DNA of 64,000 bases from Eubacteriales Family XIII. Incertae Sedis bacterium (GCA_031261525.1 JAISJM010000100.1:1376-65375); one strand, 5' to 3'. Shown: positions 25,759 through 36,275, counted from the first letter of the stretch. Translations and numbers: made by a program. The notes: a model not told the origin generated them from the sequence alone.

Positions 25759-26154
25759 ATGGAATGGGAATTTGATAATAAGTCGCCGATATACTTGCAG
25801 ATTGTTGAGCGTATGGAATACCTCATCGTTGCAGGTGTATATGCGCCAGGAAGCAGCTTGCCTAGTGTAAGAGACTTGTCTGTTGAAGTTGGCGTCAATC
25901 CCAATACGATGCAAAGGGCACTTGCAACATTAGAGACGCTCGGTCTTGCAATGAGCAATCGTACAAGTGGACGTGTGCTTACAGACAATATGGAGACAAT
26001 TTCTGCACTACGAAAAAAGCTCGCAAGTGACAATATTGCGGTATTCTTGAGTAAGATGCATGAATTAGGCTTGAGTGAACAGGAAGTGCGCGCACTGGTA
26101 CAAGAAGAAGTCAATAGACAAAAGCTTGAGCATACGGGAGGAGGAATCAGATGA
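25759..26154 (+). CDS. GntR family (YtrA subfamily) transcriptional regulator
   Basis: The 131-aa product has the winged HTH LPSVRDLSVEVGVNPNTMQRALATLE and a short C-terminal domain. Confidence 0.8.
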   Translation: MEWEFDNKSPIYLQIVERMEYLIVAGVYAPGSSLPSVRDLSVEVGVNPNTMQRALATLETLGLAMSNRTSGRVLTDNMETISALRKKLASDNIAVFLSKMHELGLSEQEVRALVQEEVNRQKLEHTGGGIR

Positions 26155-26858
26155 ACAATGAGCAAATCATCCTCAAGACGAGAGGGTTAACGAAAAGATT
26201 TGGTGGTCTAGATGCCTTAAACGATATCAACCTTGATATCTATAGAGGTCGTATTATTGGGTTACTTGGTCCAAATGGAAGTGGCAAGTCGACCTTAATC
26301 AAACTTGCAAATGGTCTCTTGCAGCCGACATCCGGAAGCATTGAGATTGCAGGACAAAGACCTGGTCCCTATACAAAATCAATCGTAAGCTATCTGCCAG
26401 ACAGATCTTATTTCGATGATTGGATGAAGGTTAGCGATTGCCTGAAATTATTTGCAGATTTTTATGCAGATTTTAATGTGGCAAAAGCCTATGAGATGTT
26501 GAAATTGCTGGATATCGATGAGAAGAAGATGTTCCGTACGCTATCCAAAGGTACGAAAGAAAAAGTACAATTGGTTCTCGTGATGAGCAGACAAGCTTCA
26601 CTCTATCTACTTGATGAGCCAATCGGCGGTGTCGATCCAGCGACAAGAGATTATATCCTTTCAACGATTATCAACAACTACAACGAAGAGGGAACCGTCA
26701 TCATCAGCACGCACTTGATTGCAGATATTGAAAAAGTCTTAGATGAAGTCATCTTCCTCAATCGAGGTAAAGTGGAGCGATATATGTCGGTTGATGATAT
26801 GAGAGAAACTACGGGTCAAAGTGTAGATGAAGTATTTAGGGAGGTATACAGATGTTAG
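26151..26858 (+). CDS. ABC transporter ATP-binding protein
   Basis: Walker A GPNGSGKST, signature LSKGTKEKV and Walker B YLLDEP are present. It overlaps the GntR stop. Confidence 0.85.
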   Translation: MNNEQIILKTRGLTKRFGGLDALNDINLDIYRGRIIGLLGPNGSGKSTLIKLANGLLQPTSGSIEIAGQRPGPYTKSIVSYLPDRSYFDDWMKVSDCLKLFADFYADFNVAKAYEMLKLLDIDEKKMFRTLSKGTKEKVQLVLVMSRQASLYLLDEPIGGVDPATRDYILSTIINNYNEEGTVIISTHLIADIEKVLDEVIFLNRGKVERYMSVDDMRETTGQSVDEVFREVYRC

Positions 26859-27700
26859 GTAGACTTATAAAACACGAACTGAAGTCAACAAGTAGACTCT
26901 TTCTAATTCTATATCCAGCATTGCTTGTGATTGCGCTGTTTATGACTTTTGTGAATCCGTTTTTTGAAAATTTGAGTGACAGCTATGCTGCGGGTACTGC
27001 CATTTATAGTTTTGTAACTGGCATGATGGGCTTTCTTTATGGGCTTTTGATTGTTGCCATTGTTGTCATTACAATGATTACAATCATCATGCGGTTCTAT
27101 AAAAATGTACTTGGCGATGAAGGGTATCTCATGATGACGTTACCCGTGACAGAGGATGCGCATATCGTTGCAAAGCTCATTGCTGCTCTTATATGGAGCA
27201 TTGCGAGTAGTATTGTAATCTTGATTAGTATATTGTTTCTTATTTCATCCTCGTTTGATCTAAGTATCTTTAGGCAAATGAGAGAGGCACTTGTTGAAGC
27301 TTCGCAGGCAGGAGTCAATGTACCATTTGAGCTCTTCCTCGTATTCGCCTTTATCCTGTTTGGATTTATCAGTAATGTCTTGATTTTTTATACAGCGATG
27401 GCAATTGGACCAAATCTGACAAAGAATCGTTTATTAGGCAGTTTCTTAGCCTATATCATCATCTACATTGTAACTCAGATTTTAAGTACGATAGGAGTGG
27501 TAATTTGGTATCTCGCCGGTAGCGTTGAAGGAGTCATGGTGGCGATTAATAACAGTTACGATGCCTATTCATCCGTAACGTCTGGGCTCACAATGATGAA
27601 TGGTGTTCTCATTACATCCCTTGTGACGATGCTGATCTGTTGTGCGGCTGCCTATCTAATCACAAGGTACTTCCTAAAACATAAACTAAATCTTTCGTAG
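26852..27700 (+). CDS. ABC-2-like membrane permease
   Basis: A polytopic hydrophobic protein translationally coupled to the ATPase. Confidence 0.6.
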   Translation: MLGRLIKHELKSTSRLFLILYPALLVIALFMTFVNPFFENLSDSYAAGTAIYSFVTGMMGFLYGLLIVAIVVITMITIIMRFYKNVLGDEGYLMMTLPVTEDAHIVAKLIAALIWSIASSIVILISILFLISSSFDLSIFRQMREALVEASQAGVNVPFELFLVFAFILFGFISNVLIFYTAMAIGPNLTKNRLLGSFLAYIIIYIVTQILSTIGVVIWYLAGSVEGVMVAINNSYDAYSSVTSGLTMMNGVLITSLVTMLICCAAAYLITRYFLKHKLNLS

Positions 27701-27735
27701 TGAAATCTATCCTATCATAGAACCGATCCGAAAGA

Positions 27736-27780
27736 AAAAATGCGCCAGCGATGAGTGAATACATCCTGGCGCATTTTTCT
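27736..27780. terminator. Bidirectional terminator between convergent genes
   Basis: The stem aaaaatgcgccag / ctggcgcattttt is flanked by A and T runs. Confidence 0.65.
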
Positions 27781-27781
27781 T

Positions 27782-28420
27782 TTAACTTTTATTTGTGCCC
27801 CCAATCGTGCACACCTTACGCCAACACCATTTAATCCCTTTATGGATGAGATGAATCGGTTGTGAATAAATCTGTTCATCAGGTGAGATCCAAAACAAGA
27901 GAGAGCCAACACAAGTGATAAGCACTGCAGGTGGGAACCAGATTCCGATGATAATTCCAGCGGCGATAATTGCAATTGTAATCTCAGAACGATGGGTGCC
28001 GTCTAATCTTTCCATCTTGCCTTCATTTTGGTGAATCTTCTTCAGATGACGCACGAGTGCAAAGTATATTAAATCTGTAACGATGAGAATTGCACCATAG
28101 AGTTGATTCGGTGCCATTTTTGTGATGTTGATATTGAGCCAAGCAGTTGTGAATGGAAATAACGACATCGGCAGAATTAAGAGCGTATTGAGCCACAGAA
28201 CCGTATTGTCAATCTTGCTGACCTTTTGGAACAAATTATGATGGTTCATCCAGTAGATGGCGAGTGTAACAAAACTTACCGCATAGACGATGAACTCATA
28301 GCGAAGATCATAGATGTCAATTGCTGTAAAGCCATCGGGTGGTCTGAGTTCCAATACCAAAATAGTCATAATAATTGCAATAATCGCATCTGTAAATGCT
28401 TCTAATCTTGTTTTACTCAT
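27782..28420 (-). CDS. TMEM175-family (DUF1211) potassium channel-like membrane protein
   Basis: The N-terminus RLEAFTDAIIAIIMTILVLEL matches the family signature (R.E.FSD.V.AI..TLL). Confidence 0.75.
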   Translation of the reverse strand: MSKTRLEAFTDAIIAIIMTILVLELRPPDGFTAIDIYDLRYEFIVYAVSFVTLAIYWMNHHNLFQKVSKIDNTVLWLNTLLILPMSLFPFTTAWLNINITKMAPNQLYGAILIVTDLIYFALVRHLKKIHQNEGKMERLDGTHRSEITIAIIAAGIIIGIWFPPAVLITCVGSLLFWISPDEQIYSQPIHLIHKGIKWCWRKVCTIGGTNKS

Positions 28421-28544
28421 ATGGTTTTCCTCTATTATTTACTTATCATTTTTTTGTTTAGATTCAACAAAATTTTACTTTACTTCTACGTTCAAATCAA
28501 GTACAATAATATATGTTGCGTTTGCAGCACATATAAAAAGGTTC

Positions 28545-28621
28545 GCGCCATTAGCTCAGCTGGATAGAGTAGCGCACTACGAATGCGAAGGTCGGGAGTT
28601 CAAATCTCTCATGGCGCGCCA
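28545..28621 (+). tRNA. tRNA-Arg (anticodon ACG) with encoded CCA
   Basis: Hand-folded cloverleaf. The acceptor stem is GCGCCAT/ATGGCGC, the D stem GCTC/GAGT, the anticodon loop CTACGAA, and the T arm GGGAG-TTCAAAT-CTCTC. The discriminator is G, followed by CCA. Confidence 0.9.
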
Positions 28622-28684
28622 TTTTCATTTTATGATTTTATTCCGCTCACATAGAATAAGGATTCATTACATTATACAATATCT

Positions 28685-29344
28685 GTGATAAAACAAATTA
28701 CAAAAATATTAATATTTCTAATACTTTTGATAGCTGTACTTGTGACAGCTATCAATTTGTATGTGTGCATTTATTCAAGTCAGTATATATTGACGCAAGA
28801 GGAAGCTGCAAAGCTGGAAGATGTGGACTGTATCACTGTGCTTGGCGCCTCCGTTACAAATGGGAAGCCAAGCCCCGTGCTTGCTGGTAGAATCGATACT
28901 GCCGATGATTTATTTGATAAAGGCGTCAGCAATTTATTTTTATTATCTGGCGACAATGGTTCCAATTATTACAATGAAGTTGGTGCAATGAAGCAGTATC
29001 TCCTCGATGAAAGTGGTGGCAGCGTTACTTCTGACAATATCTACTTGGATTATGCAGGATTCTCTACTTATGATAGCATGTACCGGCTTCAGGCAATCTT
29101 TGGCGCCAAGAAGACGGTTGTCGTCACCCAGAAATATCATCTATATCGAAGTATCTTTATTGCTAGAAAGCTTGGCATTGAGGCATATGGCGTCCCTGCG
29201 AAGGGTGGTAATTACCTTGGACCGCGAGATGAAATACGGGAGACGTTAGCAAGAATTAAGTGCATTGGGACTGTCTATGGCAAGGCTGAGCCGCGATTTT
29301 TAGGAGACAAGATTGAATTGACTTATCCATCTACATCGGAGTAA
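28685..29344 (+). CDS. sanA: SanA/YdcF (DUF218) family protein
   Basis: An N-terminal TM segment is followed by VLGASV.NGKPSPVLAGRIDTA, LLSGDNG and VVTQKYHLYRS. GTG start. Confidence 0.7.
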   Translation: MIKQITKILIFLILLIAVLVTAINLYVCIYSSQYILTQEEAAKLEDVDCITVLGASVTNGKPSPVLAGRIDTADDLFDKGVSNLFLLSGDNGSNYYNEVGAMKQYLLDESGGSVTSDNIYLDYAGFSTYDSMYRLQAIFGAKKTVVVTQKYHLYRSIFIARKLGIEAYGVPAKGGNYLGPRDEIRETLARIKCIGTVYGKAEPRFLGDKIELTYPSTSE

Positions 29345-29355
29345 AGGAGCACAGA

Positions 29356-29778
29356 ATGAGAAGACATACAATGGAAGTGCGCGTAATCTACGCGGATACA
29401 GATGCAATGCGCATTACGTATCATGCCAATTACCTAAAATGGTTTGAGATGGGACGTACCGAATATTTAAGAGAGCTGGGTTTTGCTTATAAAGACATGG
29501 AGGATGAGGCGATGCTGATGCTGCCACTCACGTCTTCGGGTATGACCTATAAGAAACCTGCCGTTTATGATGATGTTCTTGAAATCGTGACATTTATAGA
29601 AAAACTTGGTGGTGCATCCATTCGGTTTGGTTACGAAGTCTACAGAAAAGAGACGGGTGAACTGCTTGTAACAGGTCATACCGCGCATGGCGTGACCAAT
29701 ACGAAGCTGAAGCCAGTGAGGTTAAAACGTGAATTACCAGAACTCTATCAAGTGCTTGTAGAAAGTGCGGCAGAATAG
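29356..29778 (+). CDS. YbgC/FadM-type acyl-CoA thioesterase (hotdog fold)
   Basis: VRVIYADTDAMRITYHANYLKWFEMGRTEYLRELG is typical of the 4HBT class. Confidence 0.8.
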   Translation: MRRHTMEVRVIYADTDAMRITYHANYLKWFEMGRTEYLRELGFAYKDMEDEAMLMLPLTSSGMTYKKPAVYDDVLEIVTFIEKLGGASIRFGYEVYRKETGELLVTGHTAHGVTNTKLKPVRLKRELPELYQVLVESAAE

Positions 29779-29851
29779 AAAAACTATTTTGACTTCCAAT
29801 AAATTACAGTAAAATATTGACATTGATGTCCAATGATGGTATTCTTCTATC

Positions 29852-30703
29852 ATGGACAATATTTTAGGTACTTTATCAGAAACTGAATATCGCTCGATTA
29901 CACGATTTGAACGAGATGTGGGTAGCGATACCATTGCACCAAGTTTAAGACGTAAGATTGCTGTCGTTGGGATGGCAGATGGCGTCGGTACTACGACAGT
30001 TGCGGCAGCATTGGCTCAAGCAACTTGCGCAAATTATACGGACATGACATTGCTTAGCCTTACTTTACCACCGAAGCTATCAGAGCCTTTAGACTATGAT
30101 GCGCTTGGGATGGATCGATGGTTTGAATTAAGGGGATACCAATCTTGCTACCAGCTCTTGCGTGAAGAGGCATCCTTACGTAAGTGTGACTGCATGCATA
30201 AGGCTGTCAATTGGCATGTACGTACGAGGATTGATGATTATAAGCTGAATATGGCGGATACGTATCGGCTGATTGCCAGTTTAAGATATGATTGCTTAAT
30301 CTGTGATATGAGTGCAGATTTTCTTATGGATTTGTTTCTTACACATCCCGACGATCCTACGGCTGTGGGGCGTCTTCTATTGGATTTTGATGAAGTGATT
30401 TTAGTATATAATCCGCTGCCATCGAAGCTTCTTGCAAGCGTTGAATTGATGGAGCTGACATCTTATTTGGATACAAAATCTCACCGTGTGACACGTGTCA
30501 TGAATCAATTTAATAAAGGAATTAACATAAAGGAACTCGTCAGATTTCTTCGTACAAGCAACTATCTTGTGTTGCCTGCAATTGATGCAGATATCATTTG
30601 TGATGCCCAATATAATTGTAAAACTTTAATTGAAAATTTTGAAAGCTCGAAATTGGCAAAGAAGTCATGGGGTAAACTGAAAGCAATTGTTACATCTTTG
30701 TGA
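29852..30703 (+). CDS. Hypothetical protein with a degenerate ParA/MinD-like P-loop
   Basis: IAVVGMADGVGTTTVAAALA resembles the deviant Walker A (KGGVGKTT) but lacks both lysines. Confidence 0.45.
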   Translation: MDNILGTLSETEYRSITRFERDVGSDTIAPSLRRKIAVVGMADGVGTTTVAAALAQATCANYTDMTLLSLTLPPKLSEPLDYDALGMDRWFELRGYQSCYQLLREEASLRKCDCMHKAVNWHVRTRIDDYKLNMADTYRLIASLRYDCLICDMSADFLMDLFLTHPDDPTAVGRLLLDFDEVILVYNPLPSKLLASVELMELTSYLDTKSHRVTRVMNQFNKGINIKELVRFLRTSNYLVLPAIDADIICDAQYNCKTLIENFESSKLAKKSWGKLKAIVTSL

Positions 30704-30797
30704 AACCTTGGTTAACGCCCGAATTAACGAGTTATCTTTGTTAAAATATAGATAGGTATGTTTACATAATACATTTAACGAAAGCGTGAATAATAGC

Positions 30798-31523
30798 ATG
30801 ATCGAATATAAAAATGTCACGAAACTATATGGTGACAAAGTTGGTATAAAAGACGTAAGTATTCAGATTGATGATGGGGAGTTTGTCTTTCTTGTAGGTC
30901 CAAGTGGTGCAGGAAAATCAACTTTTGTAAAACTTTTACTTCGAATTATCAATGCGGATGCGGGTACAATTCTATATAATGGTTATGATGTAACGGATTT
31001 GGACAATGTCCATATTCCAAAGCATCGACGAAGTATGGGAATTATTTTTCAAGATTTTAGCTTACTACCAAAGAAGACTGTTTATGAGAACATTGCATTT
31101 GCAATGGAGATTATACAAAAGCCACATCGTATGATGAAAGAACAAATTACAAGGGTGCTTGAACTTGTTGGGCTGACTGGTGAGGAAAAGAAATATCCAC
31201 ATGAGCTGTCCATTGGTGAGCAGCAACGTGTCGCAATTGCACGCGCCATTGTCAACAATCCATCCATTCTCATTGCTGACGAGCCGACAGGTAATTTAGA
31301 TCCTGTCACAGGCTGGGAAATTATGAAGATATTGGATAAAATCAACAAGCGCGGTACGACGGTCATCATGGTTACGCATTCACAAGAGATTGTCAATGCG
31401 ATGGACAATCGCGTTGTAGCAATCGAAGACGGTCTCATTGTAAGAGATGAAGAACGTGGAAATTATCGTCCGGAAGATGACTCCAATGACAATAATGCAG
31501 AGGGAGGAATCTTTAGTCTATGA
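30798..31523 (+). CDS. ftsE: Cell division ATP-binding protein FtsE
   Basis: MIEYKNVTKLYG, GPSGAGKST, LSIGEQQRVAIARA and ADEPTGNLD are present. The track start is GTG 30786. Confidence 0.9.
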   Translation: MIEYKNVTKLYGDKVGIKDVSIQIDDGEFVFLVGPSGAGKSTFVKLLLRIINADAGTILYNGYDVTDLDNVHIPKHRRSMGIIFQDFSLLPKKTVYENIAFAMEIIQKPHRMMKEQITRVLELVGLTGEEKKYPHELSIGEQQRVAIARAIVNNPSILIADEPTGNLDPVTGWEIMKILDKINKRGTTVIMVTHSQEIVNAMDNRVVAIEDGLIVRDEERGNYRPEDDSNDNNAEGGIFSL

Positions 31524-32413
31524 ATACACGATTGATTTTAGCTTTCAGGCAAGCCTTTTCTCAGATTAGAAGAAACCTGGCGATGTCATTTGCATCTCTA
31601 TTTTCCATTACAGCGATTATGATTGTCCTCGGCGTCTTCTTTATTCTGATTGTCAATGTCAACAATATCGCGGAATCTGTCAAGCAGGATTTCGATACGA
31701 TTCAGCTTTATCTGGACGCAGATGTTACAGAGGAGCAGGCTGAAGACCTTATGGATGACATCAAGGGAATGGACAATGTCGAGACCGTGACTTATTTAGA
31801 CAAGAATGATGCGATGGAGCGATGGAAGAAAAAGTGGGGTGACAATGCGAATCTCCTCGACCGTTTGAAGACAAACCCATTGCCCAATTCCATCATCATA
31901 CAAGTCCTAAGACTTGAAGATGCCAATAGTGTCTACAATGCGACAAAAGATATGACAGGGGTTGAAGACGTCAGTTATTATCAAGATACCGTCGAGAAAT
32001 TGGTGACAATTACCGATGCAATTCAAGTTGGTGCAATTGTAATTATCGTTTTTATGATTATAATCTCTATTGTGGTGGTATCTAATACTATAAAGCTTAC
32101 CGTCATTGCGCGTGGCAAAGAAATTATGATCATGAAATACATTGGTGCGACAAACTGGTTTGTAAGGGCGCCGTTCTTACTCGAAGGTGTGTTGATTGGC
32201 ATTGTGTCTGCATTGATATCTGGTGGGTTGATTACATATCTTTATGATTTTATCGTAAAGAATTATGGAGTGGATATTGCACTATTGGTATCGACGGGCT
32301 TGGTTCCAGAGATGTTTTTGGTTAAGAATTTATTCATCATCTTTATTGCACTCGGCACAAGCATTGGTGCTTGCGGCAGTGTCATATCGATGAGAAGATT
32401 CTTGGACAATTAA
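31520..32413 (+). CDS. ftsX: Cell division permease FtsX
   Basis: It has an ATGA overlap with ftsE, an N-terminal TM segment, an extracellular loop and three C-terminal TM segments. Confidence 0.85.
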   Translation: MNTRLILAFRQAFSQIRRNLAMSFASLFSITAIMIVLGVFFILIVNVNNIAESVKQDFDTIQLYLDADVTEEQAEDLMDDIKGMDNVETVTYLDKNDAMERWKKKWGDNANLLDRLKTNPLPNSIIIQVLRLEDANSVYNATKDMTGVEDVSYYQDTVEKLVTITDAIQVGAIVIIVFMIIISIVVVSNTIKLTVIARGKEIMIMKYIGATNWFVRAPFLLEGVLIGIVSALISGGLITYLYDFIVKNYGVDIALLVSTGLVPEMFLVKNLFIIFIALGTSIGACGSVISMRRFLDN

Positions 32414-32448
32414 AAGAATTCCGTCGGCATTTGCAGTTGGAGGTCAAA

Positions 32449-33675
32449 ATGAACAATAAATTATTGAAGATTAGTGCGAGAATCGTTGCAATTGTGCTCG
32501 CAGTGATTATGGTTGTATCATGTTTTGTATATATCATGCCTGCTTTCGCTGAGACAAGCGATGAAAAGCTTGAAAATGTCAAAAATGAAATCAACAATAA
32601 GAAAAATGAGCTTGCGGAAGGTCAGAAAAAGGAACAAGAGCTCGCCGCGCAAGTTTCGTCACTCGAGACAAGCATTGCCGAGACAGAAGGCGAGATTAAA
32701 GAGATTCAGGCTCAGATTGATGCGATCAATGCCAAGGTTGAAGAATTACAAGGCCAAATTCAGATTGCACAAAGAGAAGTCGATGACCAAGATAGCGATC
32801 TCAATAGCAGACTAAAAGTCATGTATATGAGTGGGGACCAGAGCATGCTAGAAGTACTGCTCGGTTCTGAAAGTCTTTCAGATTTGATGAGCAATCTTGA
32901 GATGGTGAAAGCGATTCATAAAGCGGACGTACAATTGCTCGATGAGTTACAGGCAAAATTAGACGAGATTGAAGCAAAGAAACAGGAACAAGAAATCCTA
33001 AAGGCAAGAGTTGAATCAAGCAAGGCGTCCCTCGAAGAGAAGAAGGATAAGCTTGCAGCTGATAAGGCATCGCTCGCGGAGGCGAAAGAGAAGCAACATG
33101 CTGCCAATGAAATTATTATGGAGGATGTTGAAGCCCTTGAAGCGGAGTCCAATAGAATCCAAGCAGAGATTCAAGCTGCGCTCGCCGCAGCAAAGGCTGA
33201 AGCCGAAAGAGCCGCCGCGGCAGCCGCTGCTGCTGCCGCAGCAAATGGCACGCCTGTAGCTGCTCCAGCTGGTAATTTAAGCTATGGCGGTGGTCAACTT
33301 GGCAGACCTGCAAATGGTCCTGTTACATCGGAATTTGGACCACGGCAAAGTCCCGGTGGTATCGGTAGTAGAAATCATAAAGGGATGGACTTCGGTGTTC
33401 CATCAGGTTCTCCGATTGTAGCCGCTGCGGATGGAACGGTGCTGATTGCAGGATGGAGTACAGGCGGTTATGGAAACTATGTCATCATCAATCATGGTAG
33501 TGGACTTACAACATTGTATGCACATAATTCCTCGATTGCGGTATCGGTTGGACAGCAAGTGTCCCGAGGTCAAGTGATTGCTTATTCTGGTTCTACTGGC
33601 AACTCAACGGGTCCGCATTGTCATTTTGAAGTAGCCGTGAATGGCATCCAACAAAATCCTCGAAATTATTTATAA
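32449..33675 (+). CDS. Coiled-coil M23 peptidoglycan hydrolase (PcsB/EnvC-like partner of FtsEX)
   Basis: A signal anchor and a long coiled coil are followed by the M23 motifs HKGMDFGV, AAADGTV and HCHFEV. The start was set at ATG 32449 behind ttggagg. Confidence 0.85.
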   Translation: MNNKLLKISARIVAIVLAVIMVVSCFVYIMPAFAETSDEKLENVKNEINNKKNELAEGQKKEQELAAQVSSLETSIAETEGEIKEIQAQIDAINAKVEELQGQIQIAQREVDDQDSDLNSRLKVMYMSGDQSMLEVLLGSESLSDLMSNLEMVKAIHKADVQLLDELQAKLDEIEAKKQEQEILKARVESSKASLEEKKDKLAADKASLAEAKEKQHAANEIIMEDVEALEAESNRIQAEIQAALAAAKAEAERAAAAAAAAAAANGTPVAAPAGNLSYGGGQLGRPANGPVTSEFGPRQSPGGIGSRNHKGMDFGVPSGSPIVAAADGTVLIAGWSTGGYGNYVIINHGSGLTTLYAHNSSIAVSVGQQVSRGQVIAYSGSTGNSTGPHCHFEVAVNGIQQNPRNYL

Positions 33676-33698
33676 GGATAACCTAAGATATTTTTTCT

Positions 33699-33730
33699 AA
33701 ATGGTGGCGATTGCTCGTCACCATTTTTAA
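33699..33730 (+). terminator. Rho-independent terminator
   Basis: aaatggtggcga-ttgc-tcgtcaccattt followed by tt. Confidence 0.6.
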
Positions 33731-33736
33731 TGATTT

Positions 33737-35458
33737 ATGGGAGGCACACTAAAATTGCCAAAGTTAAGTATTGATGAGATCTTAGAGCAGATATATTCCA
33801 ATCGTGGGCTCGCAGATTTAGAAAAACTGGAGGAATTCACCTCGACAAAGCCCGTCTTAAATTACGATCCATTCTTGATTCCATGTATGGAAGATGGTGT
33901 AGATTTACTGCATGATGCACTGGAGGCGGGTGCAAATGTCTGTGTATATGGTGATTATGATTGCGATGGCGTGACATCAACGGCATTGATTTATAGTTTT
34001 TTGAAGCTCGCAATATCGCAGTTGATATCAGAACCTGATTCCTCAAAACAGGAGGATTCTCTACAACCACAATCAAAAATTACATGCTATATTCCGAATC
34101 GCATCGAAGAGGGCTACGGTCTTAATATGTCGGCAATAGAAAAGATATCGGCGTCTGGTTGTGATTTAATTATCACAGTGGATTGTGGCAGCGTATCAGC
34201 AGCGGAGGTTGCTTATGCACATGAGCTCGGCATGGAGATTATCATTACGGATCACCACGAAGTCGATCCCAATCATATTCCAGATTGTCCTGTCATTAAT
34301 CCGAAACTACCAGATGGAATCTATCCTTATCAATCCATTAGTGGCTGTACCGTCGCCTATAAATTTGCACAGGCATATCAGAGACGTTATGGCGATGAGC
34401 GGATGCGGAAAGCAATCAACAATATGCTCGATTTGGTTGCAATATCCATCATATCGGATGTCATGCCCGTTGTAGATGAAAATCGGACTTTATTGAAGTA
34501 TGGACTGAATATGCTCCGAAAAGGCACGAGGCCGTCTCTGAGAGCGCTCTGCAATGCAATTAGTATCGATAGCAGCACCATCAACGAGACTTCGATTGGC
34601 TTTGGCATTGCACCGCATATCAATGCGGCAGGCAGGGTTGGCGATGCAGCGGCTCCTTTAAAATTTCTTTTGACATCGGATGAGACAAAACTGAATGGAT
34701 TGGTAAGTAAACTCATTGAGTACAACAATACGCGCAAGACGCTACAATCGACATGTTTTGATTATTGTAAGACGATTATGGATATTGAGCAGAAAAATTA
34801 TCCTATTTTGGTAATTGATGCGGGTGTGTCTCATGAGGGAATCATCGGTATTGTCGCAGGGAAGCTCAAGGAACTATCATCAAAGCCTGCGATTGTGCTC
34901 ACTGCAACAGATGAGGATGGGGTTTTAAAAGCATCTTGCCGAAGCATTGGACGGTTAAATATCATTGAATTATTAAGATCTCACAATGACTTATTCCTAA
35001 AACTCGGCGGGCATGCAATGGCTGCAGGATTTAGTATCAAAGAAGAAAAACTTGATGATTTGGTTACGCGGTTGATTGAGGATGTCGAAACGCAATTGGC
35101 AGCAGATCCTACTTTATTTTCTGAGGGGCTAGAGGTTGATATTGATACCGATGCAGACAGTATTCCCCTTGAGCTCGAATTGGTAGAAAGACTCGATGTG
35201 CTTGCGCCATATGGTGGTGGCAATCCACAGCCGACATTTGCATTGAATGGTCTTATATCGGATATCTTTTACATGGGCAAAGAAAAGCAGCATGTGAAGT
35301 TTAAGACGGGTGGTCTTACGTGTGTATATTTTTCTCATGCGGCTGATTATAAGGATGTGTTGAAGCCAGGCAGTGAGATTCGGATTACGGGCAATTTGAA
35401 TCTCAACGAATATAAAGGCAGTAAATCGTTACAGATGATTGTACGTAAAATTGGCTAG
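33737..35458 (+). CDS. recJ: Single-stranded-DNA-specific exonuclease RecJ
   Basis: The DHH motifs VYGDYDCDGVTS, ITVDCGS and IITDHH are present, plus a DHHA1 region (GGHAMAAG). Confidence 0.9.
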   Translation: MGGTLKLPKLSIDEILEQIYSNRGLADLEKLEEFTSTKPVLNYDPFLIPCMEDGVDLLHDALEAGANVCVYGDYDCDGVTSTALIYSFLKLAISQLISEPDSSKQEDSLQPQSKITCYIPNRIEEGYGLNMSAIEKISASGCDLIITVDCGSVSAAEVAYAHELGMEIIITDHHEVDPNHIPDCPVINPKLPDGIYPYQSISGCTVAYKFAQAYQRRYGDERMRKAINNMLDLVAISIISDVMPVVDENRTLLKYGLNMLRKGTRPSLRALCNAISIDSSTINETSIGFGIAPHINAAGRVGDAAAPLKFLLTSDETKLNGLVSKLIEYNNTRKTLQSTCFDYCKTIMDIEQKNYPILVIDAGVSHEGIIGIVAGKLKELSSKPAIVLTATDEDGVLKASCRSIGRLNIIELLRSHNDLFLKLGGHAMAAGFSIKEEKLDDLVTRLIEDVETQLAADPTLFSEGLEVDIDTDADSIPLELELVERLDVLAPYGGGNPQPTFALNGLISDIFYMGKEKQHVKFKTGGLTCVYFSHAADYKDVLKPGSEIRITGNLNLNEYKGSKSLQMIVRKIG

Positions 35459-35477
35459 TTCATCCAATATACAAGCA

Positions 35478-35528
35478 TAAAAAAACCTCGGAACATCTAC
35501 CATTGTAGATGTTCCGAGGTTTTTTTAT
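35478..35528. terminator. Bidirectional terminator
   Basis: cctcggaacatctac-catt-gtagatgttccgagg forms a 15-bp stem flanked by A7 and T9 runs, between convergent genes. Confidence 0.85.
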
Positions 35529-35542
35529 TTCTTAGATATTCT

Positions 35543-36169
35543 TTATCGTACAGGTAGCGGTTGCTGGTTTAGATTTTGGAACAAATCATATTCTCTGTCA
35601 GCTTTTTTTACAATTGCCGATGCTGTAAAATATCCGCCGAGAACTGCCAACAATACAATGGCAAGTGCGAGCATGAGTATGGCGCCATTTCCACGTTGTT
35701 TCTTCGTTGCCTCTATAATTCTTCCAAACGCTGATGGCATTGCTCTTGTTGCGTTCATTACGTTGCGTGCGGTAGCAATCGTATTCCATGCTGCAATGCC
35801 ACCACCAACGAGACTTTTCCGTCTCCAGAAACTGATGATGCTATTGATGGTAATGATGATTCCTGATGGAATAATTGCTGTTGCGATGAGGATATAGGAC
35901 ATATCACCGATGAGTGAAGTCAGATAGGATGCTTGCGACGCACTCATATAGCCAGTAGCAGGTCCTGCATAGGACACGATAATCATAAGAATCATCACAT
36001 AGACCAATGTGAATCCAGCAATCGCCATTGTATATCCTGCGATTGCCGTCACTCGCATTGCCCCTCCAATATGCTTTGATTCTGTCCATATTTTGCCTGT
36101 ATTCTTGGCATTGAACCAAGAAATCACAAAATTGATAATCAGCAGAAAAAATGACATAAAGATAACCAT
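35543..36169 (-). CDS. Hypothetical polytopic membrane protein
   Basis: The 208-aa product has four to five hydrophobic segments. I recognise no family. Confidence 0.5.
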   Translation of the reverse strand: MVIFMSFFLLIINFVISWFNAKNTGKIWTESKHIGGAMRVTAIAGYTMAIAGFTLVYVMILMIIVSYAGPATGYMSASQASYLTSLIGDMSYILIATAIIPSGIIITINSIISFWRRKSLVGGGIAAWNTIATARNVMNATRAMPSAFGRIIEATKKQRGNGAILMLALAIVLLAVLGGYFTASAIVKKADREYDLFQNLNQQPLPVR

Positions 36170-36275
36170 AAAAAATTCCTTTCATATTATTTAAACTCTT
36201 ATTATTATAACATTTTCTTTTATTACAACATATTCTCACTATATAACAAGTTTATTAAATTAATTTAAAATATCA

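Noticed and set aside
28314-28688. A 124-aa + strand ORF spanning the tRNA-Arg gene
   Set aside because: It overlaps the antisense of the TMEM175-like gene start and reads through the tRNA. It has no RBS and a low-complexity product.
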